From contig JAFSWB010000001.1 of the NCBI GenBank assembly GCA_017444735.1, forward strand, positions 1 through 61,339: 61,339 nucleotides of DNA, in the 5' to 3' direction. The notes below the pieces were generated by a model, which saw only the letters and a program-made list of their open reading frames with translations, was not told the origin of the DNA and did not search any database. The translations under genes and the position numbers were made by a program. The number at the start of each line of letters is the position of its first letter. Within the stretch, counting starts at the first letter, position 1. Positions 38,944 to 49,509 of this stretch are shown here, in pieces. Source of the stretch: Clostridia bacterium (GTDB lineage: Bacteria; Bacillota; Clostridia; Oscillospirales; CAG-272).

Positions 38944-41205
38944 TCAGTCGTCCGTCGGCCCCATCTTTTCAAACGGGATCGGAACGAAATCGGGGATCTT
39001 TTCGAACAGGGGAGCGTCAGGTCTGATCCGGTAATCGCGCCCCTCAAAATCGACGAAACCGGGGTCCTCGTCGGTGATGAAGTTAGTGTCGAGCCCGGTC
39101 GCGCTCTCAAGTCCGTTATCGAGCTTGAACGGACGAGACGCCCTCACTATTACGTTGTTTTCGTAGTGATTGGCGTACGGCGTCCTGAGCCGCCTTTCCG
39201 CGGCTCCCGACTTCTCGACGTAATCCGGGTCTTCGAGATCGCGGTGATGCTCGATCGCCGCCGCCGCCCACTCCGCGAACGTCGGATTCCTCTTCAGGTA
39301 TTTTTCGTTGCTCATCGAGACGGCCGCGTTGTAAATACTCTCGAAAAAGCCCTTCCAGTGATCGAACGGGCAGAGCCAGTAGCTTATGTCCCCGCCGAAG
39401 GCGAAATATCCGGCGTCGATGCTGACGTTGTTCCAGAAGCAGTGCTCGCCGCCGTTGTGATGGTTGTAGCTCCTGCCTCCCGAGACCCAGTTCGTGCCGT
39501 TCTCGATCGATCCGTTTCCGACGACGACGTTCCCGTACGCGTACATTCCGCGCGAAAGGTCGTCAAAGTAGACGCCGTAGTCCCCCTTGGCGAAGTCGTG
39601 GAAATAGTTGTATCTGTAGTGGTTCGCGCAGGACGAGCATCCGCCGCCTCCCACGTAGATCATTCCGGTATCGTGCGCGACGGTGTCGCCGCCCTTGATG
39701 ACGTTGTACTCGAAAACGCCTTCGTTGTGGCCGGCGTCCCCGAGCGTCGTGTATTCGAGATAGTTGTGCGAGACGACGTTTCCGACGCCTCCTCCGCACA
39801 TGATCCCGAATCTGCACCGCGCGTTGACGACGACGCAGTTCTGGACGAAGTTGTTCGCGGGCGTGAGCGTCTTTCTGTCGCCGCCGGAGATCGCCCCCGC
39901 GTGATTCGTGAAGTACTCGATCTTCGTCGAAACGACGCCGCAGCGCTCCCCGCCGTCAACGGCGAAGGCGGAGTCGACGTATTCGCGATGCTCGCACGTT
40001 CCCGATATGCGGCAGCGCTGAACGAGCACGTTAACGCAGTCGTAAACGCCGACGGCGCAGCCCGCGCACCGTCCGAGATCGAGCCGGTCGATGAGGACGT
40101 ATCCGGCGTCTCTCAAGACGAGCTGATCGAGGTGTCGCGTCACGAAGCGGATATCGTCGCCCTCCTTTATTCCGCCGTCCGGCGGGATGAGGTAGAGGCG
40201 TCCCGTCTTTCTGTCGAGATACCACTCGCCGGGCGCGTCGAGTTCCTCGGGAACGTTCGTGAAATAGTAATTGTTCGACGGATCGTCGTTTATGGGGGAG
40301 TCCTCGAACGATCCGACGCCGCTGACTGTCTTGTTCTCCTTATCGACGGAGACGACCCGGGTGTGATGGGTTATCCAGTCGTGAACGAGCGCGCCGTAGA
40401 CGTAGATCTCGTCGTTTTCATCCCACGCGGAGAGTCTGTCGTCGGGATCGGGAACGGCGATCTTCCACGGGTCCCCGTTTCCTCCCGCCTCGACGACGCA
40501 GTCCTTCGTCGAAAAGAGCTTGTCATTTGAGTTCGGATAGCGGGCGAGATCGAGGATCCTCCCGTTATAGAGGAGAGTCGATCCCCACGCGGTCCCGAAC
40601 TGACCGCCTTCTTCCGCGACGGATCCGAAATCGGAAAATCCGAGCTCGTTAAGATCCGCAAAGACGACGCGGTCTCTCGCTTCCGGGCGGAGCTTGTTCA
40701 GAAACGGGTCGCCGGAGGCGTTTTTGAACGCGGACGCGGGTATCCCCGGCGACGAGGACAGGACCGGAGTCTCTCCCTCCGCCGCCGTGATGATGAGAGG
40801 CGACTCGGGAGTTCCGGAATGAGCGGGGCCGATCGTCAGAGTTTCGGTCAGCTCGTAAAGGCCGCCTCTCATGACGATTTTCGCTCCGCCGAGTCCCTCG
40901 ACGCGGCGGAGCGCCTCGCCGAGAGTGCGTATCGGATCGTCTTTTTTTCCGGAGGCGCCGTCGCTGCCGTCCGGGGAGACGAAAAACGTGTTTTCGTTCG
41001 ATTTCGCGAACGCGTCGGTATTGAACGGGCGGACGACCGTGATCTCGTCCGGGAGCTCAGCCACAGCTGCGAAAAAGCGGTCTCTTACCCCGCCCTCGGC
41101 GGTGGGACGCGCTTTGATCTCCCCGTATTCCCGAGGCATATTGAGCGTGATCTCAAAACGGTCCGACGTGATCTCGCTCTGCCTTCTCTCCGTCATTTCT
41201 CGCAA
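38944..41205 (-). CDS. Right-handed parallel beta-helix protein (putative glycan-active enzyme)
   Basis: FFVSPDGSD...P..TL.EA, LARYPN, ELDAPGEWYLD, GVYFDD, DPGFVD; no clear signal peptide. Confidence 0.75.
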   Translation of the reverse strand: MREMTERRQSEITSDRFEITLNMPREYGEIKARPTAEGGVRDRFFAAVAELPDEITVVRPFNTDAFAKSNENTFFVSPDGSDGASGKKDDPIRTLGEALRRVEGLGGAKIVMRGGLYELTETLTIGPAHSGTPESPLIITAAEGETPVLSSSPGIPASAFKNASGDPFLNKLRPEARDRVVFADLNELGFSDFGSVAEEGGQFGTAWGSTLLYNGRILDLARYPNSNDKLFSTKDCVVEAGGNGDPWKIAVPDPDDRLSAWDENDEIYVYGALVHDWITHHTRVVSVDKENKTVSGVGSFEDSPINDDPSNNYYFTNVPEELDAPGEWYLDRKTGRLYLIPPDGGIKEGDDIRFVTRHLDQLVLRDAGYVLIDRLDLGRCAGCAVGVYDCVNVLVQRCRISGTCEHREYVDSAFAVDGGERCGVVSTKIEYFTNHAGAISGGDRKTLTPANNFVQNCVVVNARCRFGIMCGGGVGNVVSHNYLEYTTLGDAGHNEGVFEYNVIKGGDTVAHDTGMIYVGGGGCSSCANHYRYNYFHDFAKGDYGVYFDDLSRGMYAYGNVVVGNGSIENGTNWVSGGRSYNHHNGGEHCFWNNVSIDAGYFAFGGDISYWLCPFDHWKGFFESIYNAAVSMSNEKYLKRNPTFAEWAAAAIEHHRDLEDPDYVEKSGAAERRLRTPYANHYENNVIVRASRPFKLDNGLESATGLDTNFITDEDPGFVDFEGRDYRIRPDAPLFEKIPDFVPIPFEKMGPTDD

Positions 41206-41216
41206 GTCGTCACCTC

Positions 41217-41672
41217 TTATTTTTCTTCGTTGTCCTCGTCTTCGTCATCGTCTGTGTCGGTCGAGACAAAGGGATCGTAGTCGGTGTCGTCGTCTTTGCG
41301 CTCATCCTCGGGACGTTCGAGCTTTTCGCCGCACGTCGGGCAGAAGAAAGCGGACTTCGAGACCTTTCCGCCGCAGGCGGGACAGACGCGGGACTTTCTC
41401 AGCTCGGCGAGCTTTTCGCGGTACGCCTTGATGTCGCCGTTGATCTTGTCGGCCTGCGTGATGAGGGTCGCGATCTCCTCGGCGTTGTCAAGTCCCTCGC
41501 GCTCGGAAGAATAAAAGAGCGCGCCGATCTTTGCGTAGGTGGATTTCAGTCTGACTTCCTCCGCCTTGATGTTGAACTTGACCCTTGCGACTCCGGTGAG
41601 CTCGCCGGTCTTTTTCGCGGTATAGTAAGCCGCGTCCGTTACCGTTTTCTGAAGATCGTCAAAAAATGCCAT
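41217..41672 (-). CDS. Zinc-ribbon domain protein with coiled coil
   Basis: CPACG...FCPTCG, acidic tail. Confidence 0.8.
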   Translation of the reverse strand: MAFFDDLQKTVTDAAYYTAKKTGELTGVARVKFNIKAEEVRLKSTYAKIGALFYSSEREGLDNAEEIATLITQADKINGDIKAYREKLAELRKSRVCPACGGKVSKSAFFCPTCGEKLERPEDERKDDDTDYDPFVSTDTDDDEDEDNEEK

Positions 41673-41730
41673 GATAAACCTCCGTTATTTATTCCGCGGG
41701 TCGCGCCCGCTGATTTACAGGATAATTACG

Positions 41731-43101
41731 TCAAGCCCACCCGATGACGAGCTGCGCCACCTTGAAGTAAACGAGAAGCGACAGCGCGTCGACGATCGTC
41801 GTTATGAACGGCGACGCCATGACGGCGGGGTCGAATCCGATCCTCTTGGCGAGGATGGGAAGGATCGCTCCGACGAGCTTTGCGATTATTACGACGCAGA
41901 CGAGCGTCAGCGAGACGACGATCGCCGCGCTGATCGAAACGCGGTCGATGAGCATCATCTTGCCGAAATTGACGACGGAAAGCGTCGCTCCGCACAGGAT
42001 CGCGACGCGGATCTCTTTCCAGAGGATGCGGAGGATGTCGCGCATCGAGATCTCGCCGAGCGAGAGTCCGCGGATCACGGTGACGGAGACCTGACCGCCG
42101 GCGTTGCCGCCCGTGTCCATCAGCATCGGGATGAAGGCGATCAGAGCGGTCATCGCCGCCGAACGGGTCAGGGCGTCCTCGAAATGCTTCAGGATGCCGC
42201 TCGTGAACGTGGCGGACACCATGAGCAGAAGGAGCCACGGTATCCTCTTTAGCCACGTCGCGAAGACGCCGGTCTTGAGATACGGTTTGTCGGTAGGCGT
42301 GATAGCCGCCATGATTTCGATATCCTCGGTGTCCCCGCTCTCGATGACGTCCATAGCGTCGTCGTACGTCACGATCCCGACGAGACGCTTTTCGTTATCG
42401 ACGACGGGGATCGCCATGAGGTCGTATTTCGACATCGTCCGCGCCGTTTCCTCTTTGTCGTCGAGGGTGCCGACCGAGATCACCTGATCTTCCATCAGCT
42501 CTCCGACGGTCATCCCCTCTTTCGGAGCGGTCAGGATATCCTTCACCGTTACGACGCCGATAAGATGGCGCGCCGGGTCCGTCACGTAGCAGGTGTAGAT
42601 CGTTTCCTTGTCGACTCCCGTTTTCTTGATTTGCGCGAACACGTTGTCGGCGGTCATCGACGGCTTCAGCTCGACGAACTCCGTCGTCATTATCGAGCCG
42701 GTGCTGTCGTCGGGATAGTGGAGCAGCTCGTTTATCTCCTTGCGCTTCTGGGGGTCGGAGTGGACGAGGATCCTCTTTACCACGTTCGCCGGCATCTCTT
42801 CTATGATATCGACGGTATCGTCGACGAACAGGTCGGAGATGACCGCGGTCAGCTCCTTATCGGAGAACGCTTCGATGAGGGTGACCTGATGATCGCTGTC
42901 CATTTCGACGAAGCACTCGGCCGCCATTTCCTTCGGCAGGATTCTGAAAAGGATCGGGATGCTCTCCTCGTCGATTTCGTCGAACAAGAGCGCCACGTCG
43001 GCAGGCTCGTACGATGACAGCATACTTCGGAGCTCGTGAAACTTCCTGTTTGCGAGTAATTCTTCGATCTCCGGTACGATCTTCCTGATCTCATCCGTCA
43101 T
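41731..43101 (-). CDS. mgtE: Magnesium transporter MgtE
   Basis: CBS pair, GGNAGGQ, DPA.MASPFITT..D. Confidence 0.95.
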   Translation of the reverse strand: MTDEIRKIVPEIEELLANRKFHELRSMLSSYEPADVALLFDEIDEESIPILFRILPKEMAAECFVEMDSDHQVTLIEAFSDKELTAVISDLFVDDTVDIIEEMPANVVKRILVHSDPQKRKEINELLHYPDDSTGSIMTTEFVELKPSMTADNVFAQIKKTGVDKETIYTCYVTDPARHLIGVVTVKDILTAPKEGMTVGELMEDQVISVGTLDDKEETARTMSKYDLMAIPVVDNEKRLVGIVTYDDAMDVIESGDTEDIEIMAAITPTDKPYLKTGVFATWLKRIPWLLLLMVSATFTSGILKHFEDALTRSAAMTALIAFIPMLMDTGGNAGGQVSVTVIRGLSLGEISMRDILRILWKEIRVAILCGATLSVVNFGKMMLIDRVSISAAIVVSLTLVCVVIIAKLVGAILPILAKRIGFDPAVMASPFITTIVDALSLLVYFKVAQLVIGWA

Positions 43102-43146
43102 AGATCCCGTCTCCTTTCCCACAGCGACGTCGACGCCGCCTTAATA

Positions 43147-43845
43147 TCAATCGCGGGCCTCCCGGGACGCGCCGTTTTCCGCCGCTCCCAGAAGCTTCCC
43201 GTATTTGTCCTTTTTGTTCTCCGCGCCGAAAAACGACGTCCCGACGACGAAGTTGTCCGCTCCCGCCGACGCGGCGAGAGAGATATTGTCCTCATTGATC
43301 CCGCCGTCGACCTGCACCGAGATCTTCGGATCGACCGAGTCGGCGATACGGCGGACTTCCTCGACCTTCGGAAGCATACCGTCCATGAATTTCTGACCGC
43401 CGAAGCCGGGCTCGACCGTCATGACGAGGACCATATCGCAAAGATCGATCACGTCCCTGATATCGGACGCCGGATATCCCGGCTTCAGAGCGACCGCGGA
43501 ACGCATACCGAGATTGCGGATATGCGCGAGCGCGCCGCGCCGCGAACAGACGTCCCCGACGTCGGAGTGGATCGTCACGGAATAAGCGCCGGCGTCGGAC
43601 AGGCGGTCGATATACTCCCAGGGAGCGACGGTCATCATATGAACGTCGACGGGGACTCCGGCGACGCCGACCGTCTTTTTTATTATGTCGAACCCGAAGC
43701 TGATGTTCGGCACGTAGACGCCGTCCATGACGTCGGCGTGAAGCATCGGAACGCCCGCCGCGACGGCTTCCTTCACGCTCTTTTCGAGCCGCAGAAAGTC
43801 GCACGCGAGGAGCGACGGGTTGATTATTATCGGATGATTTCTCAT
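43147..43845 (-). CDS. rpe: Ribulose-phosphate 3-epimerase
   Basis: PSLL..DF, H.DVMDG.YVPNI, MTVEPGFGGQ, VDGGIN. Confidence 0.95.
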   Translation of the reverse strand: MRNHPIIINPSLLACDFLRLEKSVKEAVAAGVPMLHADVMDGVYVPNISFGFDIIKKTVGVAGVPVDVHMMTVAPWEYIDRLSDAGAYSVTIHSDVGDVCSRRGALAHIRNLGMRSAVALKPGYPASDIRDVIDLCDMVLVMTVEPGFGGQKFMDGMLPKVEEVRRIADSVDPKISVQVDGGINEDNISLAASAGADNFVVGTSFFGAENKKDKYGKLLGAAENGASREARD

Positions 43846-44019
43846 TGTTTTGTTCCTTCTGCCTGAAATAACGTCGCGCGGTGACGGGAAGGGTCGTTCT
43901 CTCATACGATAGTTATGAGCTTTCAGCTCTCAAATCAGTATACGCCCGAGCGGACGCCGAGGGATCGTCAAAAGAAAGGACTGTCGGCGCGACGGCTCAC
44001 GCGAGGGCTTTTTATAAAC

Positions 44020-44490
44020 TCATTCGCTGAGGAGGCACACCGCGTGGGCGGCGATCCCTTCGCCGCTCCCGGTGAAGCCGAGCTTTTCTTCCGTGGTCGC
44101 TTTCACGTTGACCCGGGAGACGGGGACGCCGAGCGCCGCCGCTATCGACGCTTTCATCTCTTCAATGAACGGCGAGAGCTTCGGCCTTTCGGCGACGACG
44201 GTGACGTCGGCGTAATCGGGGGTGAAGCCGCCCTCGCGGACAAGCCGCGCGGTCTCGCGAAGGAGTTCCGCGCTGTCCGCGCCGAGAAACCGGTCGTCGT
44301 TGTCGGGAAAGTGATATCCTATATCGCGCATACCCGCGGCGCCGAAGAGGGCGTCGATCAGCGCGTGGATCACAACGTCGCCGTCGGAGTGCGCGGCAAG
44401 GCCGAATCCGGCGGGTATTTCGACGCCGCCGAGGACGAGTCGTCCGCCGGGCGTCGTTCTGTGTACGTCGTATCCGTGACCGATCCTCAT
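44020..44490 (-). CDS. ispF: 2-C-methyl-D-erythritol 2,4-cyclodiphosphate synthase
   Basis: RIGHGYDVH, HSDGDV, KATTEEKLG. Confidence 0.96.
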   Translation of the reverse strand: MRIGHGYDVHRTTPGGRLVLGGVEIPAGFGLAAHSDGDVVIHALIDALFGAAGMRDIGYHFPDNDDRFLGADSAELLRETARLVREGGFTPDYADVTVVAERPKLSPFIEEMKASIAAALGVPVSRVNVKATTEEKLGFTGSGEGIAAHAVCLLSE

Positions 44491-45266
44491 TTCGCGTCCT
44501 CCTTCGATCCTTCACCGTTCGCGGCGCGGCGGGCGAGGATCGCCTCCGCGATCGCCGCGTCTTCCGGGTATGTGATCTTGATGTTTTCTCTGCCGCAGTC
44601 GACGAGCTTGACCTTGAAGCCGAGCCGTTCCGCCATCATCGCGTCGTCGGTGACGGAGGCGCCGTCCTTCAGCGCGGAGTAAAGCGCGGCGCGGTACAGG
44701 TTCGCCGTAAATACCTGAGGCGTAGAGATGAGCCAGACGCGGTTCCTGTCGAGCGTCTCCTCGACCGTGTCGTATCCGTCGGAGCGCTTCACGGTGTCGG
44801 TCGCGGGACACGCCGCGACTGCGGCGCCCGCGCGGGACGCGGCGGCGATGACTTTCTTTATCGCGTCCGGCGTGACGAGACACCGGGCGGCGTCGTGGAC
44901 CGCGATGAACCGGGAGGACGGAGACGCTTTTTCAAGCCCCGCCTCCGCCGATCTCATCCTGACGTCTCCGCCGGGGACGACGGCGGCGAGCTTCGATATC
45001 CTGCCTTCGAGAAGCCCGCGGCAGCGTTCGACGTCCTCCTCGCCGGTCACGACGATTATCTCTTTGACGTCGGGGCACTCATCGAACGCCTGAGCCGACC
45101 GGACGACGGCGGGGACCCCGCCGACGGGAAAGAACTGCTTTTTCTCGCCCGTTCCTTCGGAGAAGCGTTCCGAGGAGCCGGCGGCGAGGATCACGGCTGT
45201 CGTCGGACGCTCTCTGACGACAGCGTCGGCAAGCGAACTCAGAAAGGGAAGTATCCCGAGCGGCAC
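44487..45266 (-). CDS. ispD: 2-C-methyl-D-erythritol 4-phosphate cytidylyltransferase
   Basis: ILAAG.S.R, VHDAARC, TPQVF, TDD, NIKITYPED; GTG start after GGAGGT. Confidence 0.92.
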   Translation of the reverse strand: MPLGILPFLSSLADAVVRERPTTAVILAAGSSERFSEGTGEKKQFFPVGGVPAVVRSAQAFDECPDVKEIIVVTGEEDVERCRGLLEGRISKLAAVVPGGDVRMRSAEAGLEKASPSSRFIAVHDAARCLVTPDAIKKVIAAASRAGAAVAACPATDTVKRSDGYDTVEETLDRNRVWLISTPQVFTANLYRAALYSALKDGASVTDDAMMAERLGFKVKLVDCGRENIKITYPEDAAIAEAILARRAANGEGSKEDAK

Positions 45267-45440
45267 GGTCCTCACCTCCGAAATCTCATAGATACATAGA
45301 TTATACCACATTTGAAAGGAAGGGTAAAGAAAAAAACGCAATATACGGGAAACTTTTTCCGTCCGATATCGTCCCGCGGCTTGATTTGCGGGCTGAAATC
45401 TGCTATCATTTACAAAAAGCGTATTCCGGGGGAAAGAACA

Positions 45441-46868
45441 ATGTTTGAAAACGTCAGTCACGGGGAAGTATTCTCCTTTTTTGAAGAAATATCGAAGATC
45501 CCGCGCGGATCGGGAAACGAGGCGGGGATAGCGTCGTTTCTCGAGGGATTCGCGAAGGATCGCGGGCTTTCGTGCGTCCGCGACGGCGCGAACAACGTCC
45601 TCATAATGAAAGAGGCGTCCGCGGGCAGGAAGAAAAGCCCGTCCGTCGCGCTTCAGGGCCACGTCGACATGGTCTGCGAGGCGGCGCCCGGCGTCGTCCA
45701 CGATTTTCTCCGCGATCCGATAAAGCTGATACAGGACGGGGATATCCTGTCGGCGGACGGCACGACGCTCGGCGCCGACGACGGCGTCGCGGCGGCGATA
45801 ATGCTCGCCCTGCTCGACGGCGATCTTCCTCTCCCTCGCATCGAGTGCCTTTTCACGACGTCTGAGGAGATCGGGCTTCTCGGGATGAAGGCGTTCGACT
45901 TCTCGCTTCTCAAATCGCGCCTTATGATAAATCTCGACTCCGCCGACGAGGGCGTCGCGACCGTCTCCTGCGCCGGAGGCGTAAGGACGGACGTCACGCT
46001 GCCGCTCGATCCGTCGGGCGGGGAGGACGGAGAGTTTTACAGTCTCGACGTCGGGGGCCTTTTCGGCGGTCACTCGGGCGAGGACATCTCCCTTCGCCGC
46101 GTGTCGGCGATCGCCGCCGCGTTCGACGTTCTGAGGTTCGTGTCGGCGGTCTCTCCCGTCCGCGTCGCGCGCGCCGCGGGCGGCGGAAAGGACAACGCGA
46201 TCCCGCGCGAGTGCTCCGTCGTATTCGCCGCGGACCGCGGCGCCGATATAACGGGAGCCGCGGCGAAAGCGGAGGTCCTGCTCCGCGCGCATCTGACCGA
46301 CTGCGACGGCGGTCTTTTCGTGAAGATCGGAAAGGCGGAGAAAACGGAGACCGCGACGGCGGAAAGCACTCAGAAACTGATCGACTTTTTCTCGACGCTC
46401 CGTCCGGGTCCGGTCGAGTGGATCGGAAGCCGTGACGGCATGGTCGAGACGTCGTATAATATCGGAAAGGTCGCCGTCTCCCCTTCCGAGGCGAAGATCA
46501 CTCTTTCGTCCCGCTCGCCGGGAGCGGAGGCGCTCGACGATATGGAGCTTCGTCTCGAGGCGACTGCGCGTCTCGCCGGCGGCGCGGCTCGCCACAGAGC
46601 GCGCTATCCCGGATGGAAATACAGAGAGGGAACGACCCTCCAGCGCGTATATTCGGCAGTTTTCGAAAAACAGTACGGATACGCCCCGGTCATCACCGGG
46701 ATCCACGCGGGGCTCGAGTGCGGCCTCGTAAGCGACGCGATCCCCGATATGGATATCATCTCTCTCGGGCCGGTCGTCAGGGACCTTCATTCCCCGGCGG
46801 AGACGCTGTCCGTTTCGTCCCTCGACCGTCTTTACTCGGTCGTTCTCGGGATGCTTGAAGAGATATAA
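45441..46868 (+). CDS. pepD: Aminoacyl-histidine dipeptidase (M20C)
   Basis: IPRGSGNE, LQGHVDMV, TTLGADDG, GGHSG, HAGLECG. Confidence 0.92.
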   Translation: MFENVSHGEVFSFFEEISKIPRGSGNEAGIASFLEGFAKDRGLSCVRDGANNVLIMKEASAGRKKSPSVALQGHVDMVCEAAPGVVHDFLRDPIKLIQDGDILSADGTTLGADDGVAAAIMLALLDGDLPLPRIECLFTTSEEIGLLGMKAFDFSLLKSRLMINLDSADEGVATVSCAGGVRTDVTLPLDPSGGEDGEFYSLDVGGLFGGHSGEDISLRRVSAIAAAFDVLRFVSAVSPVRVARAAGGGKDNAIPRECSVVFAADRGADITGAAAKAEVLLRAHLTDCDGGLFVKIGKAEKTETATAESTQKLIDFFSTLRPGPVEWIGSRDGMVETSYNIGKVAVSPSEAKITLSSRSPGAEALDDMELRLEATARLAGGAARHRARYPGWKYREGTTLQRVYSAVFEKQYGYAPVITGIHAGLECGLVSDAIPDMDIISLGPVVRDLHSPAETLSVSSLDRLYSVVLGMLEEI

Positions 46869-46886
46869 AACAAAGGAGAAAATAAA

Positions 46887-47156
46887 ATGAAAGCTGTAAT
46901 TACGGTAATCGGACGCGACACGGTCGGCATCCTCGCGAAGGTAAGTTCGGCGTGTGCCGAAAAAGGCGCGAATATCATCGACGTGACGCAGTCCGTCATG
47001 AGAGATATGTTCACGATGATAATGCTCGTCGACATCGACGGGCTGACTTCCGATTTTTCGGATCTCTCCTCGTCCCTTGAGGCGCTCGGAGAAGAAATCG
47101 GCATGAAGGTCCACGTAATGCACGAGGATATTTTCAATTCGATGCACAGGATCTGA
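46887..47156 (+). CDS. ACT domain protein (UPF0237)
   Basis: ITVIG.D.VGI, E.IFNSMHRI. Confidence 0.92.
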   Translation: MKAVITVIGRDTVGILAKVSSACAEKGANIIDVTQSVMRDMFTMIMLVDIDGLTSDFSDLSSSLEALGEEIGMKVHVMHEDIFNSMHRI

Positions 47157-47170
47157 TCGGAGCTTGACCT

Positions 47171-48529
47171 ATGATAAACACGAAAGATATTCTTGAAACG
47201 ATCAATATGATCGACAACGAAAATCTCGACATACGAACGATCACGATGGGGATCTCGCTCCTCTCGTGCGCCGATTCCGACGCGAAAAGGGCGGCGGAAA
47301 AGGTCTACGACAAGATCACCCGCTCGGCGGAGGGCCTTGTCGCGGCGGGCGAGCGGATCGAGCGCACGTACGGCATCCCGATAATCAACAAAAGGATCTC
47401 GGTGACGCCGGTTTCGATGCTCGCGGCGGCGTCCGGAGGCGATCCGACGGTCTACGCCCGGACGATGGACCGCGCGGCGAAAGAGCTCGGCGTCAACTTC
47501 ATCGGCGGGTATTCCGCCCTCGTTCACAAGGGCTTTTCGGCGGGCGACAGGGAACTGATAGCGTCGATCCCCGAGGCGCTCTCGGAGACGGAGTTCGTCT
47601 GCTCGTCGGTCAATATCGGATCGACGAAGTCGGGGATCAATATGGACGCCGTCGCCCTTATGGGGGAGGCGGTCGTCAGAACGGCGCGCCTCACGGCGGA
47701 CCGCAGCTGCATCGGCGCGGCGAAGCTCGTTGTCTTCATGAACGCGCCGGAGGATAATCCGTTTATGGCGGGCGCGTTCCACGGACCGGGCGAGCCGGAC
47801 CTCGTCCTGAACGTCGGCGTCTCCGGACCCGGCGTCGTCAGAGCCGCCGTCGCGAAGCATCCCGACGCCGATCTCTCCGTCATCGCGGACGTTATAAAGA
47901 AGACGGCGTTCAAGATAACGAGGATGGGTCAGCTCGTCGGAACGGTCGCGTCCGATATGCTCGGAGTGCCGTTCGGGATCGTCGACCTGTCCCTCGCCCC
48001 GACGCCCGCGGTCGGCGACTCGGTCGCCCACATCCTCGAGGAAATGGGGCTCGAAACGTGCGGCGTCCCCGGCACGACGGCGGCACTCGCGCTCCTCAAC
48101 GACGCGGTGAAAAAGGGCGGCGTGATGGCGTCGTCCCACGTCGGCGGACTGTCCGGCGCGTTCATCCCCGTGTCCGAGGACGCCGGTATGATCGACGCCG
48201 CGAGAGACGGAACGCTCACGGTCGAAAAGCTCGAGGCGATGACGGCTGTCTGCTCCGTCGGCCTCGATATGATAATAATCCCCGGCGACACGACGGCGGA
48301 GACCGTCTCCGCGATCATCGCCGACGAGGCGGCGATCGGAATGGTGAACTCGAAGACGACGGCGGTCCGCGTGATCCCCGCGATAGGGAAGAACGTCGGC
48401 GACGAGCTCGAATTCGGCGGCCTTCTCGGGTCGGGACCCGTGATGAAGCTGAACGACGCGAAAAGCTCCGCCCGGTTCGTCCGCCGCGGCGGACGGATCC
48501 CCGCTCCGCTTCAGTCTCTCAAAAACTGA
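47171..48529 (+). CDS. PFL-like family protein (UPF0210/DUF711)
   Basis: [44 protein letters not shown]. Confidence 0.92.
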   Translation: MINTKDILETINMIDNENLDIRTITMGISLLSCADSDAKRAAEKVYDKITRSAEGLVAAGERIERTYGIPIINKRISVTPVSMLAAASGGDPTVYARTMDRAAKELGVNFIGGYSALVHKGFSAGDRELIASIPEALSETEFVCSSVNIGSTKSGINMDAVALMGEAVVRTARLTADRSCIGAAKLVVFMNAPEDNPFMAGAFHGPGEPDLVLNVGVSGPGVVRAAVAKHPDADLSVIADVIKKTAFKITRMGQLVGTVASDMLGVPFGIVDLSLAPTPAVGDSVAHILEEMGLETCGVPGTTAALALLNDAVKKGGVMASSHVGGLSGAFIPVSEDAGMIDAARDGTLTVEKLEAMTAVCSVGLDMIIIPGDTTAETVSAIIADEAAIGMVNSKTTAVRVIPAIGKNVGDELEFGGLLGSGPVMKLNDAKSSARFVRRGGRIPAPLQSLKN

Positions 48530-48572
48530 CGCCGACGGGTTTTATAAAATAAAAAACGGTCTTCACTTTCCG
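48486..48572 (+). repeat. 87-bp direct repeat, copy 1
   Basis: Identical to 49423-49509. Confidence 0.95.
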
Positions 48573-48627
48573 CCGAGGCCTGATAAGGAAGTAATCCGAA
48601 AACAAGATTACAATTGGGGGATCGATT

Positions 48628-49257
48628 ATGAAAAAGATAATAGGTATCGCCGGCGGAACGGCGAGCGGGAAATCGACGTTTACCGATAAACTGGCTGAAA
48701 AACTCACGGCGGACGGACTTTCCGTGAGAACTGTTCATATGGATTCATTCTTCCGTCCCGAGGAGGAACGACCGCACGTCGCGTCGCATATAAGCGGGAA
48801 GGTCTACGTCGATGACAACTGTCCCGATACAGTTGATCTCGACGCTTTTCACGCGGAGTTTGACGCGGTAAAGACGGACGAGAAGACCGATGTCGTGATT
48901 GCAGAAGGACTTTTGATCCTATGGGACGATAAGATAAAGGATGATCTTGACTTACGCGTATTCGTCGACTGCGCCGCGGACGAGAGGATCGTCCGCCGCC
49001 TCCGCAGAAATATGGAGTGGGGACTTTCATTTGATAAGATATCGGCTGTTTATCTCGATATGGTCCGCTTCCGTCATGAGCAGTACGTCGAGCCTACGAA
49101 GTGGACGGCGGATATTATCGTGAACGGCGCAGGCGACACGGGGAAAGCGACCGAAATGATCGCCGGGTGGGTCGAGAAGCAGCAAAAAACTCCGGAGATG
49201 CCGGAATATGACGGAAAACACAGTTTGAAAAGACAAGAGGGCGGTTCTGCGTCTTGA
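48628..49257 (+). CDS. Uridine kinase family protein
   Basis: IIGIAGGTASGKST, HMDSFF, IAEG, RRL.R, YVEPTK..ADII. Confidence 0.85.
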   Translation: MKKIIGIAGGTASGKSTFTDKLAEKLTADGLSVRTVHMDSFFRPEEERPHVASHISGKVYVDDNCPDTVDLDAFHAEFDAVKTDEKTDVVIAEGLLILWDDKIKDDLDLRVFVDCAADERIVRRLRRNMEWGLSFDKISAVYLDMVRFRHEQYVEPTKWTADIIVNGAGDTGKATEMIAGWVEKQQKTPEMPEYDGKHSLKRQEGGSAS

Positions 49258-49273
49258 ACCGTCCCCTTGTCTT
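49229..49273 (+). terminator. Hairpin overlapping the kinase 3' end
   Basis: AAGACAAGAGGGCGGTTC-loop-GAACCGTCCCCTTGTCTT. Confidence 0.6.
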
Positions 49274-49297
49274 GTTAAAAAACCTTCTTGTTCCCCT

Positions 49298-49326
49298 TTG
49301 ACAGTTTAACCAAGATGTTATATAAT
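49298..49326 (+). promoter_or_regulatory. Perfect-consensus SigA promoter
   Basis: TTGACA-17 nt-TATAAT. Confidence 0.8.
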
Positions 49327-49344
49327 TTAACAAATAATAATTCA

Positions 49345-49422
49345 ATGCGAAGGATATTCACAATAAAAAAGATCATCGGAGTCGTTCTGACGGTCACGCT
49401 TTTCCTCTCCGTCCTCTCGGCG
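49345..49422 (+). pseudogene. Signal-peptide-encoding 5' stub of a secreted protein gene, cut by repeat copy 2
   Basis: MRRIFTIKKIIGVVLTVTLFLSVLSA(AA) then runs into the duplicated sequence. Confidence 0.5.
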
Positions 49423-49509
49423 GCGGCGGACGGATCCCCGCTCCGCTTCAGTCTCTCAAAAACTGACGCCGACGGGTTTTATAAAATAAAAAACGGTCTT
49501 CACTTTCCG
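49423..49509 (+). repeat. 87-bp direct repeat, copy 2
   Basis: Identical to 48486-48572; continues into the intact terminator arm. Confidence 0.95.

Noticed and set aside
44487-47147. 886-aa ORF suggesting a giant IspD fusion
   Set aside because: The upstream 627 codons are antisense to pepD/ACT. The real ispD starts at GTG 45266 behind a strong RBS.
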